Assembly (NCBI GenBank): GCA_963799485.1
Contig: CAWCXJ010000013.1
Location: forward strand, 64,001 to 128,000
Length of the DNA: 64,000 nucleotides
Direction: 5' to 3'
DNA from: an uncultured Trueperaceae bacterium
GTDB taxonomy: Bacteria > Deinococcota > Deinococci > Deinococcales > Trueperaceae
How positions within the stretch are numbered: position 1 is the stretch's first letter; each line of letters opens with the position of its first letter. This document shows positions 50,021 to 59,322 of this stretch, one piece after another. Below the pieces are notes generated by a model that saw only the letters and a list, made by a program, of their open reading frames with translations, did not search any database and had not been told where the DNA came from. The position numbers and the translations under genes were made by a program.

Positions 50021-51523
50021 TCAGCTGCGCGGTTCGGGCGCCTGCCAGATGCTGCCCAAACCCAAACCGACGAGCCCCCACACGAGCGTATCGACGTTGG
50101 GGGTGGCAAACCAGACCATGCCGTAAATCAGGTAGGTCACGAGCGCCAGCAGCGTCGCTAGCGAGACGGGCGTGCGGGCGCTAAAAAGTGCCCAGCCGGT
50201 GCTCAGCAAAAATGCGATAAAAAGAATGAGAACCGGGATACCGCTGGCAAACCCGATATCCAGAAAGTAGTTGTGTACCCGGTAGGGCTTGACAGGTTGC
50301 AGCTCGAGCGTCCCTGATTTGGGTGCACGGTAAAGCGCCAGATTGCCCAGCCGAAACGCCCGCGCCGCCGTTTTAGGCGGTAAAAATTCGGTGAGCATCT
50401 CGTCGGCTTGCGCGGGCGTCGCAAAAAACCAGGCGGCGTTGCCGAACGCGTCGATCCCGTAGCCGGTCAGGGGCCGCTCTAAGATCGCCTTGACCCCGAC
50501 CTGCCAGAAGATGAGGCGGTGGCTCGCCGCGGGGTCGGTACCTTGCACGGCGCTCCCAAGCCGGTCGAGCCGCGCCCGTGCGTGCGGTGAGGTCAGTAGC
50601 GGCACAGCACCCGCAAGCAGCATCACCCCGCCCATAAGGAGCAGGTAGCGTGTGCGCCGTTGCCGCCGGAGCCAAACGACGCCAAACACCGAGAGGCTCA
50701 GCAAGGCTGCCAGCAGCCCCGCCCGCCCGCCGCTCGCCACCAGGCACATCGTCAAAAAGCCGATAATCAACCCGTCGAGTAAGCGCAAGCGGCGAGCTAA
50801 AAGCCGCCACACGACCCAAAATACGAGTACCACTGCAAGGTAGGCCGCTACGTAGCTCTGATGCCCCATCGTCGCCTGGACGTTGTTGCCGACGCGGGCG
50901 GTCGGATCGATAAGCCTTAAGGGGGTGACGCCGTAAGCCTCGAGCAGCGCCCACAGACCTGCCAAACTCGCCCCCAACGCGACCAGGTGATAAATCCAGC
51001 TGAGTTTAAGTAGCCGGCTCGCGCTCAGCGCCGCCGCAATAAGCGTGAGCGCGTACCAGGCGTTTTCCAAAAGCCGAAAGAGGATGCTCTCATAACGCGC
51101 CGGAATCAGCGGCAGCGACAAGCCGAGCGGGGCCGGGTTGAGCAGGCTCACCACGAAAGACGCCGCCACAAAAAGCAGCAACCACGAGAGCGGCCTGCGT
51201 AGTGGTGAGGTGCGGCTCAGCACGCTGCTCTCGGCCCGCCGCACGAGTAGATATGCCTGCCGCGCGCCGATAACCCAGAGCGCCACGAACACCAGCAATT
51301 TGGGCAACAAAACCTCGGCAAAACCGTTTTCCGGAAACGTGATCACACTTTTCGGAACCAGTGCCAAGACCTCTTTGGGTACGATTGCCAGTGGAAACGC
51401 CAGAAACAGCAGACCCCAAAAGAGTTTGTGCAGCCGCCGCCGTGCGCGTAGGGCCGACGACTTGGGTTTCGTCACCGCGCGCGGCGCGCCTGCCGAAACC
51501 AAGGTATTGGGGTTATCGACCAT
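50021..51523 (-). CDS. O-antigen ligase (Wzy_C) family protein
   Basis: ATMGH, SGGRAG, R..FW, PLTGYG, RVHN; multi-TM. Confidence 0.8.
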   Translation of the reverse strand: MVDNPNTLVSAGAPRAVTKPKSSALRARRRLHKLFWGLLFLAFPLAIVPKEVLALVPKSVITFPENGFAEVLLPKLLVFVALWVIGARQAYLLVRRAESSVLSRTSPLRRPLSWLLLFVAASFVVSLLNPAPLGLSLPLIPARYESILFRLLENAWYALTLIAAALSASRLLKLSWIYHLVALGASLAGLWALLEAYGVTPLRLIDPTARVGNNVQATMGHQSYVAAYLAVVLVFWVVWRLLARRLRLLDGLIIGFLTMCLVASGGRAGLLAALLSLSVFGVVWLRRQRRTRYLLLMGGVMLLAGAVPLLTSPHARARLDRLGSAVQGTDPAASHRLIFWQVGVKAILERPLTGYGIDAFGNAAWFFATPAQADEMLTEFLPPKTAARAFRLGNLALYRAPKSGTLELQPVKPYRVHNYFLDIGFASGIPVLILFIAFLLSTGWALFSARTPVSLATLLALVTYLIYGMVWFATPNVDTLVWGLVGLGLGSIWQAPEPRS

Positions 51524-51555
51524 CTGCTACCCCCGAAACCGACTAAAGCGCACGC

Positions 51556-52929
51556 CTAAACACGGGCCTTGTCACTCGGGTGTATAGAGGCAGTTTCAGC
51601 AGCGTCGCCGTTTGTGCTCGGAGCCTCGAGTCCGAACGCTTTATGTACCGCTCTGAGCGCCGCAACCGCGTGCTCCGCCCCGATAACGACTGTGATCCGC
51701 ACCTCGCTGGTGGTGATCATCTCGATATTTGCGCCCGCCCCGGCAACCGCCTCAAACATCCGGCCTGCCAGCCCCGGCGTCGAACCGAGCGCGATGCCGA
51801 CGACCGAAAGCTTGGCGATGTTCGGGTCGGCGTGCGCTTCACCACCTAGCCGAGCGAGTATCGGCCTGACGGCCTCGAGCGCATCCTCGGCAGCATCTTT
51901 ACCGACCGTAAAGGCCATCTGCTGGCGGTTGCCTCCCGGCACACCCTGAATGATGGTGTCCGCGTTGACCCCCGCCGTGCCGAGTGCGCTAAAGACCTGT
52001 GCGGCGACGCCGGGCGCGTCAGGGACGCCTAACAGGTCGATACGGGTGTGATTGCGGTCGAGTGCGACCCCGGTTACAGGTTTGTCGGTTTTCACACCCT
52101 TCTCCTCTTTACGCTCTGTTAACGGTTGCGCCGGCTTCTCTGTACCGACCAGTGTACCAGCAGCATATGAAAACGATGAGCGGACGTGAATCCGCACCCC
52201 GTAGCGGCGTGCGTACCAGACGCTGCGCGGGTGCAAAACCTTGGCCCCGAGCGACGCGAGCTCTAACATCTCATCGTAATCGATACGGTCAAGTTTCGTC
52301 GCGGTCGGGATGAGGTGCGGGTCGGTCGTGTAGACGCCGTCGGTGTCGGTATAGATTTCGCATTCCGGTGCGCCTAAAGCCGCTGCGACCGCGACCGCCG
52401 TCGTATCCGAGCCGCCGCGTCCGAGCGTGGTAATCATGCCGGCCTCGTCTACCCCCTGAAACCCTGCGACCACCACGACGTCAACCGTCTCGAGCGCTTC
52501 TAGCAGTGCCCCGGGGTCGACTTCGATAATGCGTGCGCCGCCGCTTGCGTTGTCCGTTAAAAATCCAGCCTGCGCCCCGGTAAACGAACGCGCCTTAAGC
52601 CCCAAACGGTGCAGCGTCATGGCCAGGAGCGCCACCGACTGCTGTTCCCCGGTCGCCATCAGCATATCGAGTTCGCGCCGGTCGGGTCGGGGCGTAATCT
52701 CTTTGGCGAGCGAGACGAGTGCGTCGGTGGTGCGGCCCATCGCCGAGACCGTTACCGCGACCTTACGCCCCGCCGCTACCGTCCGGGCGATACGCGCCGC
52801 CACCTTGCGGATACGTTCTAAATCTCCGACGCTGGTACCGCCGTACTTTTGCACTGCAATGTTCTTTATAGTTATGTTCTTTACAGTGATGTTTTTTGCG
52901 GTGACGCCTTGCGCCGCGATATCTGCCAT
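51556..52929 (-). CDS. lysC: Aspartate kinase
   Basis: VQKYGGTSV, SAMG, TLGRGGSD, two ACT domains, TSEVRI. Confidence 0.95.
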   Translation of the reverse strand: MADIAAQGVTAKNITVKNITIKNIAVQKYGGTSVGDLERIRKVAARIARTVAAGRKVAVTVSAMGRTTDALVSLAKEITPRPDRRELDMLMATGEQQSVALLAMTLHRLGLKARSFTGAQAGFLTDNASGGARIIEVDPGALLEALETVDVVVVAGFQGVDEAGMITTLGRGGSDTTAVAVAAALGAPECEIYTDTDGVYTTDPHLIPTATKLDRIDYDEMLELASLGAKVLHPRSVWYARRYGVRIHVRSSFSYAAGTLVGTEKPAQPLTERKEEKGVKTDKPVTGVALDRNHTRIDLLGVPDAPGVAAQVFSALGTAGVNADTIIQGVPGGNRQQMAFTVGKDAAEDALEAVRPILARLGGEAHADPNIAKLSVVGIALGSTPGLAGRMFEAVAGAGANIEMITTSEVRITVVIGAEHAVAALRAVHKAFGLEAPSTNGDAAETASIHPSDKARV

Positions 52930-52954
52930 AAAACTCCCTTGACCCTACTCCCGT

Positions 52955-52978
52955 AAAACCTGGGCGTGGGCGCTCAGG
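52955..52978 (-). terminator. Terminator-like hairpin in the aspartate kinase 5' leader
   Basis: Minus strand CCTGAGCG-CCCA-CGCCCAGG-TTTT, about 25 nt before the ATG. Confidence 0.45.
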
Positions 52979-53287
52979 CAACCTGCTTATTCTATGACAG
53001 GTAGAGGTTTTGTAGACCTTACCCGTAAAAACATGAGCGGCGGCAACTTGTGGAAATGCCAAAGCCGTAAGCGGCGACGCCTATCGCCTCAGCGGTTAAA
53101 CTTGCTGTACTCACCGTACTTCGACCTTCAGCGGCCGATAAGACCGTTAAACTACCTCGAAGCGCGTGCTGAACACCTTCTTTGCAAATAGGCCGAACGG
53201 TTGAGCGTAGTGCACCCGTAGTCGTGGGCCGACCCAAAGGTGATAAGGCTTGCTGAGTTGTGCGGCTGGAAACGTCAGGCTACGGTC

Positions 53288-53896
53288 ATGGCTAAGCTCC
53301 TCCCTGAATTTTTTCGCCGTGATGACGAGCAGCCCGACGGACTTTTTTACGCCGAGCCCCGCTTTACGACCCACCTGGGGCCGGCAGCCTCGCGCGCCGC
53401 CGCCGCGCGTTACGAAGAGCTGCTCCCGGCGGGCGAGCACATCCTCGACCTGATGGCGGGGTACGTGTCGCATCTGCCGGGGGTGTTTAGGCGGGTTACG
53501 GGGTTGGGACTCAACTCCGATGAGCTAGGGCACAACCCGCGTCTCGACGACTACTTGGTGCTAGACCTCAACCGACCAGGATTTTTGCCCTTTATCGATG
53601 CGACGTTCGGTGGTGCTGTCTGCACCGAAGGCGTCCCGTACCTGACGCAGCCGCTGGTAACATTTGCCGAAACCGGTCGCAGTCTGAAGCGCGGCGCACC
53701 TTTTATCGTGACGTTTTCAAACCGGATGTTCGAAACCAAAGCGGTGTTGGCGTGGCGCTCTGCTGACGACGCGGCCCGTGTACGGCTGGCGCGGTCTTAC
53801 TTCGAGGCGACCGCAGCGTTCGGCGGTACGTACAGTATGCATTTCGAACCGGCGGACGGCGATCCGCTCTATGCGATCTGGGCTTTCAAGCGTTAG
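53288..53896 (+). CDS. Class I SAM-dependent methyltransferase
   Basis: D..FYAEPRF, ILDLM...SHLP, GLGLN, FSNRMF.TKA. Confidence 0.85.
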   Translation: MAKLLPEFFRRDDEQPDGLFYAEPRFTTHLGPAASRAAAARYEELLPAGEHILDLMAGYVSHLPGVFRRVTGLGLNSDELGHNPRLDDYLVLDLNRPGFLPFIDATFGGAVCTEGVPYLTQPLVTFAETGRSLKRGAPFIVTFSNRMFETKAVLAWRSADDAARVRLARSYFEATAAFGGTYSMHFEPADGDPLYAIWAFKR

Positions 53897-53923
53897 CAGA
53901 TTTTCATAAAGTAAACTTAGGGT

Positions 53924-55102
53924 GTGCGCGTTACGCTGCTTTCCAACGGTCACGGCGAAGATACGGTCGGCGCACTCCTCGCCGCGCAGTTGTGGGCGCT
54001 CGAGCCTGACCTCGCGCTGCAGGCGTTTCCTACCGTGGGGCTGGGCGACGCTTACGCCCGGGCCGGCGTCCCGCTCTTAGGGCCGCGCCGCGACCTGCCG
54101 AGCGGCGGCCTGCTGCTCCACAGTGGGCGCGCCTTCTGGGGCGACCTGCGCGCCGGTTTTATTACCCTTACCCGCCGTCAACTTTACGACCTCAGCAGCC
54201 TCGAGACCGATGTACTCATCGTAGTTGGCGACCTCTACGCCCTGCTGCTCGGCAATCTCGTCCGCACAAAATGCCGCTTTTACGTGCAGACGCTCGTCTC
54301 GAGCCGTCATTCGGGCCCTCAGCGCGTACCCGGCCCCACTTTCCGGCGTTACCCCAACCGTTACTTTATGGAGCGCTTTAGTACGCCTGAAAAGTTCCTG
54401 ATGCGCCGAAACGTTCATACCTACGTCCGCGACGCGCCTACTGCGGCCTCGCTGAGTTGCCCGGGGCTGGCGGTAAGTGCGCTGGGTAACCCGATGCTCG
54501 ACGCCATAGGGCCGGGTACGCCGCTGAAGTTGCCGCTAACCTCACCCGTAATCGCGCTGTTGCCAGGAACGCGGCGCTACAAGCTCGCCGCTCTGGAGAC
54601 GATGCTGGGGGCGCTGGCGGCCCTACCGGAAGCGACCGGGCTTGTCGCCTGGACGGACGCGTCGCCGCCGGACGGTCGCTGGCAGGTTGTAGAAGACGGT
54701 ATCTGGCGGCGTGGCGACCGTATTTGGCTTGTCCACGACCGTTTCACCGACGTGTTAAACGCAGCCGACCTGGTGCTGAGTACCGCCGGAACTGCGAGTG
54801 AGCAGGCAGCGGCGCGCGGGCGGCCCGTCGTGGCGTTTTCGGTCGCGCCGCTCTATACCGAGGCGTTTTTAGCCAATCAGCAGCGGCTTTTGGGTGCAGC
54901 GCTGACACGCTGCCGGCCCGACCCACGCACCCTGGCAGCGGCGCTGCGTACACTTTGGCAAGACCCCGAGCGCTACCGCGCCGCGTCCGAGGCGGGTAGG
55001 GTACGAATGGGTGAACCCGGCGGCGCTGCTGCTATCGCCGCCGACATTTTGCGGCGTGCGTCGGTAGCAGCTGAAGACCATGTACAAATATGTGGCGACT
55101 GA
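53924..55102 (+). CDS. Lipid-A-disaccharide-synthase-related glycosyltransferase (TIGR03492-like)
   Basis: SNGHGED, LPSGG, VGD, GNPMLD, LLPG.R, AGTASEQ, RMGEPG. Confidence 0.82.
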   Translation: MRVTLLSNGHGEDTVGALLAAQLWALEPDLALQAFPTVGLGDAYARAGVPLLGPRRDLPSGGLLLHSGRAFWGDLRAGFITLTRRQLYDLSSLETDVLIVVGDLYALLLGNLVRTKCRFYVQTLVSSRHSGPQRVPGPTFRRYPNRYFMERFSTPEKFLMRRNVHTYVRDAPTAASLSCPGLAVSALGNPMLDAIGPGTPLKLPLTSPVIALLPGTRRYKLAALETMLGALAALPEATGLVAWTDASPPDGRWQVVEDGIWRRGDRIWLVHDRFTDVLNAADLVLSTAGTASEQAAARGRPVVAFSVAPLYTEAFLANQQRLLGAALTRCRPDPRTLAAALRTLWQDPERYRAASEAGRVRMGEPGGAAAIAADILRRASVAAEDHVQICGD

Positions 55103-55268
55103 TACGTGGCGACTGGACGGCTATACCCACACAAATTAGAGGGTGCTTGGGAAACCCCCTACCTGTGGAAGGGTAGGGGGGTGAACGATAGAACAAAAGC
55201 AGTATACAACGGCTAAGTACGGGACAAATCGGTAGTGGCCTCATCCGAACTGATAAGCCAAGGGAAGG

Positions 55269-55490
55269 TTACCCCTCAAACACGCTGACCTTCGCTGCTG
55301 TGTCCGGCTTTTGTCCTGTACTTAGGTGCGCCGTAAGCTTTTCAGCGGCGGGGTTATAGAGCATCGCCGCGAGCCGCGCGGCTACTTCTTATTGCATGTT
55401 GGATAAGGCGTGGCTGTACACGTCCAGGGTAATCGCTACCGAGGTGTGACCTAAGCGTTTACTCACAACTTTGGGATGTACTCCGTTGCC
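55269..55490 (-). pseudogene. C-terminal remnant of a tyrosine recombinase/integrase
   Basis: Manual translation GNGVHPKVVSKRLGHTSVAITLDVYSHALSNMQ*EVAARL (box II LGH and catalytic Tyr), with an internal TAA. Confidence 0.85.
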
Positions 55491-55577
55491 TACCGGAAAC
55501 GAGCTGCGAGGGCCTATTACGCTGGCCCCTTTTGACGTGTGTTTTGTCAGATAGCGTCCCCGCAGTTTAGGTCAGCG

Positions 55578-55618
55578 CCGCTACCCGCGTCCGGTAGTGG
55601 GTGCGGGTAGCGGGTTTT
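55578..55618. terminator. Strong inverted repeat downstream of the dipeptidase gene
   Basis: CCGCTACCCGC...GCGGGTAGCGG followed by GTTTT. Confidence 0.5.
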
Positions 55619-55679
55619 CGTCTGCCACGGTATATAAACCTCTTTGGGACCATCCGACGCGTAACTGAAGCGTTGCCCG

Positions 55680-56723
55680 CTACTTAGGCAGCGCCTGCGC
55701 CAGAAACTTAAACCACGTTCCGCCCAAAAAGTCGGCTCGAGCCGCTTCCGGTACGGCCTCACCCAAGCGGGCGAAATCTGCGCCCCGGTAGAGCTCGGCG
55801 GGTACGTCCGCCACGCCGAAACCACCGTCGAAGTCGGTGCCGACAGCCACGCGGTGCCAGCCGATAAGCTCGGCGACGTGTTCGGCGTGGCGTTTTACGT
55901 CGTAGAGCGTCACGCGGTCTTTGGGGGACGTTTCGGTGACCTCGGCGTTTAGAAAAGCGTTGGCAATGACGAGCCCCACGACGCCTTTGGCTCCAAGCGC
56001 GCGGATCATCGCGTCGGAGAGGTGGCGGTCGGTCGGCACGAAGCGGCGGGCGTTCGAGTGACTGGCGATAACCTGGTCGGGGCCGGTCTCGAGCGCGTTC
56101 CAAAAGCTCTCTTCGGCAAGGTGGCTTGCGTCGAGCACGACCCCTTCTTGGCGCATGGCGTGCATGAGTTCCAACCCGAGTTCGGTCAGTGGCCCCGGCG
56201 CTTTGGTGCCGCCTGCGTAGCGTGTGCGCTGCCACGCCGGGCCTAAAATGCGGAGCCCCCGCGCCGTCCATTCGCCCAGGTCGTCCGGGGTGCGGAGCGG
56301 GTCGGCTCCTTCCATCAGGAGTACTAAACCCAGTGGCGTGTCACCCTTTGGCGTTTGGTAAGCCTGCAGATCGCTTTGGCTGCGGATGATGCGAACGAGT
56401 CCGGCGTCTTCCCAGCGTTCGTAAAGCTCGAGCTGACGCAGCGCCAGCACCCGCGCCTCGTCGGGTGTTTCGTAGGCGCGGCCTTTAAGGGAACCGCCTC
56501 TAGCGCTCATCCGCACCGCTGCCGCAGGTTGCACGTAGATCGTTGCAAAAACCAGGCCGACACCTCCGCTATGAAGCTCCGGTAAGGTGACGAGCGCGTC
56601 CTCATGTCCCTGACGGCGCAGCGCGTCTAGCGGCAAGGTGAGGTCGCGGCCTGCCGAGAGGACGTTGTAGGCGAGGTCGAGATGTCCGTCAATCAAAATG
56701 TCAACCGCAAGTTCATCACTCAT
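55680..56723 (-). CDS. Membrane dipeptidase (peptidase M19)
   Basis: DGHLD, MEGAD, DASH, ASHSN, GTDFDG. Confidence 0.9.
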   Translation of the reverse strand: MSDELAVDILIDGHLDLAYNVLSAGRDLTLPLDALRRQGHEDALVTLPELHSGGVGLVFATIYVQPAAAVRMSARGGSLKGRAYETPDEARVLALRQLELYERWEDAGLVRIIRSQSDLQAYQTPKGDTPLGLVLLMEGADPLRTPDDLGEWTARGLRILGPAWQRTRYAGGTKAPGPLTELGLELMHAMRQEGVVLDASHLAEESFWNALETGPDQVIASHSNARRFVPTDRHLSDAMIRALGAKGVVGLVIANAFLNAEVTETSPKDRVTLYDVKRHAEHVAELIGWHRVAVGTDFDGGFGVADVPAELYRGADFARLGEAVPEAARADFLGGTWFKFLAQALPK

Positions 56724-56731
56724 GACACGAA

Positions 56732-57037
56732 GTGTACCCGCTACGGCTACCGAAAGCGCTGCCGGACTCTACCGACGGCTCGAGGGGTTCTCGCTCGGTT
56801 CCGCCTCGCTCGATTTTAGAGGTTGGCGTGTCTATCTTTGCGGCGACCGGCGTGGTTATAGTGAGCTTCTTAATGATCTCGACCGCTTTGTCCGGTACCA
56901 GTCGGTGCTCGAGATACGGTGAACTTTCCAGCCGCGGCCTGGTCAGCTGCGCTTGGGATGAACACCTGCAGTCGGAAACAAGCCGCCGAACTCGGAAGGC
57001 AACCGGTAATCGAGGCTCACCTTGGCGCACCGAATAG
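56732..57037 (+). CDS. Possible small single-TM protein
   Basis: Hydrophobic ILEVGVSIFAATGVVIVSFLMISTAL followed by a Cys pair; start uncertain. Confidence 0.35.
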   Translation: MYPLRLPKALPDSTDGSRGSRSVPPRSILEVGVSIFAATGVVIVSFLMISTALSGTSRCSRYGELSSRGLVSCAWDEHLQSETSRRTRKATGNRGSPWRTE

Positions 57038-57240
57038 GCCCGGACCAGCCGGCCCCGAGCCGCGCAGTTTCGACCTGCCACAGCAACAGGCAGTAGGCGC
57101 TGAAGCCGTTTCGTCAACCCCTCATGAAAAAACCTTTATACTTGACGAGACCGGCTGCAACACTGTTTTTGCGACGTTGTTTTTGCGACATTGTTTGCTG
57201 AGCGCGACACGCGCGCCCAACCCAACTGAAAGGAGCCGCG

Positions 57241-57423
57241 ATGCTCTCGTTTGTCATTCCCGAAGACCCGCGCGTCCCCGACCCGAACGTTCCACCACGT
57301 CCGCCCGAAGACCCGAGCGAGCCGCCCCCCGTCGGCGACCCCGATTCGCAGGAACCGCCGATGAAAGAGCCCGACCCTCAAGAACCGCCGATTCGGGAGC
57401 CGCCGCCCCCGAATTATGCCTGA
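57241..57423 (+). CDS. Small Pro/Asp/Glu-rich disordered protein
   Basis: AAAGGAG RBS; repeated DP/EPP units. Confidence 0.7.
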   Translation: MLSFVIPEDPRVPDPNVPPRPPEDPSEPPPVGDPDSQEPPMKEPDPQEPPIREPPPPNYA

Positions 57424-57444
57424 GGGCGACCTCGAGTGGTTCCT

Positions 57445-57891
57445 AACGCTCTGACCGAGCCTCAGGTCGGCAGCCGTCATGAGCGCAGCGTAGGCCGTAC
57501 CGCCCGCCACCGGTACCGCCGCCGACTCTTCGAACGACAGGTTTTGCGGTTTGGGCGTAACGGCGGAAGCGGCGACCGCGTGGTACTCGGCGTTGGCTCC
57601 CCCGCGCGGGTCGGTCAGTTCGACGGCGTAGTACACTTCGTCGCCCTCGCTAAAGGTCTCTACGTTTGCCCCAACTTTCTCGACGACGCCCGCCACATCG
57701 AACCCGAGCAGCAGCGGCGGCTTAATCATCGCGCCGAACATGCCGGTGCGCAGGCCCAAATCTGCCGGGTTGACCGAGGTCGCGTAAACCTTGACGAGCA
57801 GGTCGCCCGGGCCGATTTCCGGTACAGGCCGCTCTTGCATCAACAGCTTGTCCGCTGAACCGAACGCTGTAAGGACAACTGCTTTCATCAT
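57445..57891 (-). pseudogene. Truncated MDR (quinone oxidoreductase / Zn-ADH family) gene, GroES-like domain only
   Basis: MKAVV..SVNPAD..GFDVAGVV..LSFEESAAVP..LRLGQSV, then similarity stops before the Rossmann GxxG motif. Confidence 0.8.
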
Positions 57892-57954
57892 TCCTCCGTT
57901 TAGACCTCGAGTATGGCTCGCTGCTTTCACCGCTTAAGACCGGTCTTATAGGGT

Positions 57955-58836
57955 TCAGGAGAACGCCTCCTGGTGCTCTGTTACCCACGCCTCGAGCGTT
58001 GTGAGCTGTACCGGAACCTGCTCGAGCGCCGCTTTTATGTCTACCTTTGAAGAGAACAGTTCGGGGTTTTCGTAAGCCGCGGCGTACCCTTGCGCTGCGC
58101 CCTGGCCCATCCCCGGAAACACGGCCTCGAGCTTTTCCCCGAACTCTTCTGCGGGCATCGCCCGAAAAGAAATCTCGCGGCCCAGCGCGCGGCTGAAACG
58201 TTCGGCGACCTCCTGCCCGTTCAGGCGTTCGGGGCCGCTGATCTTGAGGTTCAGCGGGGCCAAATCGGGGTGGGCAAACGCGTAGGCTACGAAGCTTCCG
58301 ACGTCTTCGGTCGCCAGCCACTGCAGCTTGACCGCGAGCGGCGTCGGGTAGGCAAACGTGTTCTTTTGCGTGATTTCCTCACGTGTCCACGGGCCTAGAA
58401 AGTTTTCCATGTAAGCCGTCGGTTGAAACACCACGTAAGGAACGCCGCTCGCGGTGATGATGTCCAGGACGTCGAGCCGCATATCGAACGCCGGGTTCAC
58501 GCCCCTCACAGGCGGAAGTTCACCGCTGGCGTTCCACACGATGAACTTGACGTCCGCCTCGACCGCCGCAGTCACCGCATTTTTTGCGTAGCTGAGGCCG
58601 TCGCCCGGGCGTTCGGTAAAAAACGGAACGTGCAAGAAAACGCCGCCGACACCCGCCGACGCCGCTGCCAGAGCGTCCGCGTCCGCCATGTCGCCCTTGA
58701 AAACGTCGGCACCGTCCAGACCCCGAACACGTTTCGGGTCCCTTGTCAACACGCGCACCGTATGGCCCGCGTCCAGCAACTTGCGCGCGACCGGGAACCC
58801 CTGCGAACCTGTCGCACCGTAACTCAGTAGCTTCAC
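57955..58836 (-). CDS. NmrA-family NAD(P)-binding protein
   Basis: YGATGSQG, PTAYMEN, DVG. Confidence 0.88.
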   Translation of the reverse strand: MKLLSYGATGSQGFPVARKLLDAGHTVRVLTRDPKRVRGLDGADVFKGDMADADALAAASAGVGGVFLHVPFFTERPGDGLSYAKNAVTAAVEADVKFIVWNASGELPPVRGVNPAFDMRLDVLDIITASGVPYVVFQPTAYMENFLGPWTREEITQKNTFAYPTPLAVKLQWLATEDVGSFVAYAFAHPDLAPLNLKISGPERLNGQEVAERFSRALGREISFRAMPAEEFGEKLEAVFPGMGQGAAQGYAAAYENPELFSSKVDIKAALEQVPVQLTTLEAWVTEHQEAFS

Positions 58837-58938
58837 GTTTGCCTCCTGAAGGAGCCTACCGCAAGCTGTTTAGAAAATAAAGTAGTTACATATTTTTAAG
58901 ATAGTTTCAAAAAATGAACTTCCTTGCTATGATGAGGT

Positions 58939-59289
58939 GTGAGTACCGTAACCGATACCCCGACCGACGCCTACGCCCAAAGAGTCAAGACCGACGTCCG
59001 CTGCACCGTCGAGCGTTCCGCCGAGGTTTTAAGCGGTAAGTGGACGACGCTCATCTTAAGAGATTTGCTCGGGGGCCCGAAGCGTTTTGGTGAACTGCGC
59101 CGCTCGCTGACCGGGGTAAGCCCCAAAACCCTGACGGACAGGCTTAAGAGCCTCGAGGCCGAGGGCGTCTTGACCCGGACGCTCTACCCGGAGATGCCGC
59201 CGCGTACCGAGTACCGCCTGACTGAAAAGGGTACGGCGCTTCGCCCGGTCATCGAAGCGATGGCGGCGTGGGGCGAGACCTGGACGTAA
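58939..59289 (+). CDS. HxlR-family transcriptional regulator
   Basis: C.VE, GKWT..ILRDL, RFGEL, PPRTEY.LT. Confidence 0.92.
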   Translation: MSTVTDTPTDAYAQRVKTDVRCTVERSAEVLSGKWTTLILRDLLGGPKRFGELRRSLTGVSPKTLTDRLKSLEAEGVLTRTLYPEMPPRTEYRLTEKGTALRPVIEAMAAWGETWT

Positions 59290-59322
59290 GAAATAGCGTC
59301 ACAGCGTAAGGGCCGATAGGGG

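Noticed and set aside
52990..53240. Canonical lysine riboswitch or Thr/Lys leader peptide
   Set aside because: The AGAGG-like element is on the wrong strand, the long P2/P3 arms are missing, and no uORF has a convincing control-codon run.
57136..57930. 264-aa full-length oxidoreductase
   Set aside because: The C-terminal part is antisense read-through of the Pro-rich gene after the truncation.
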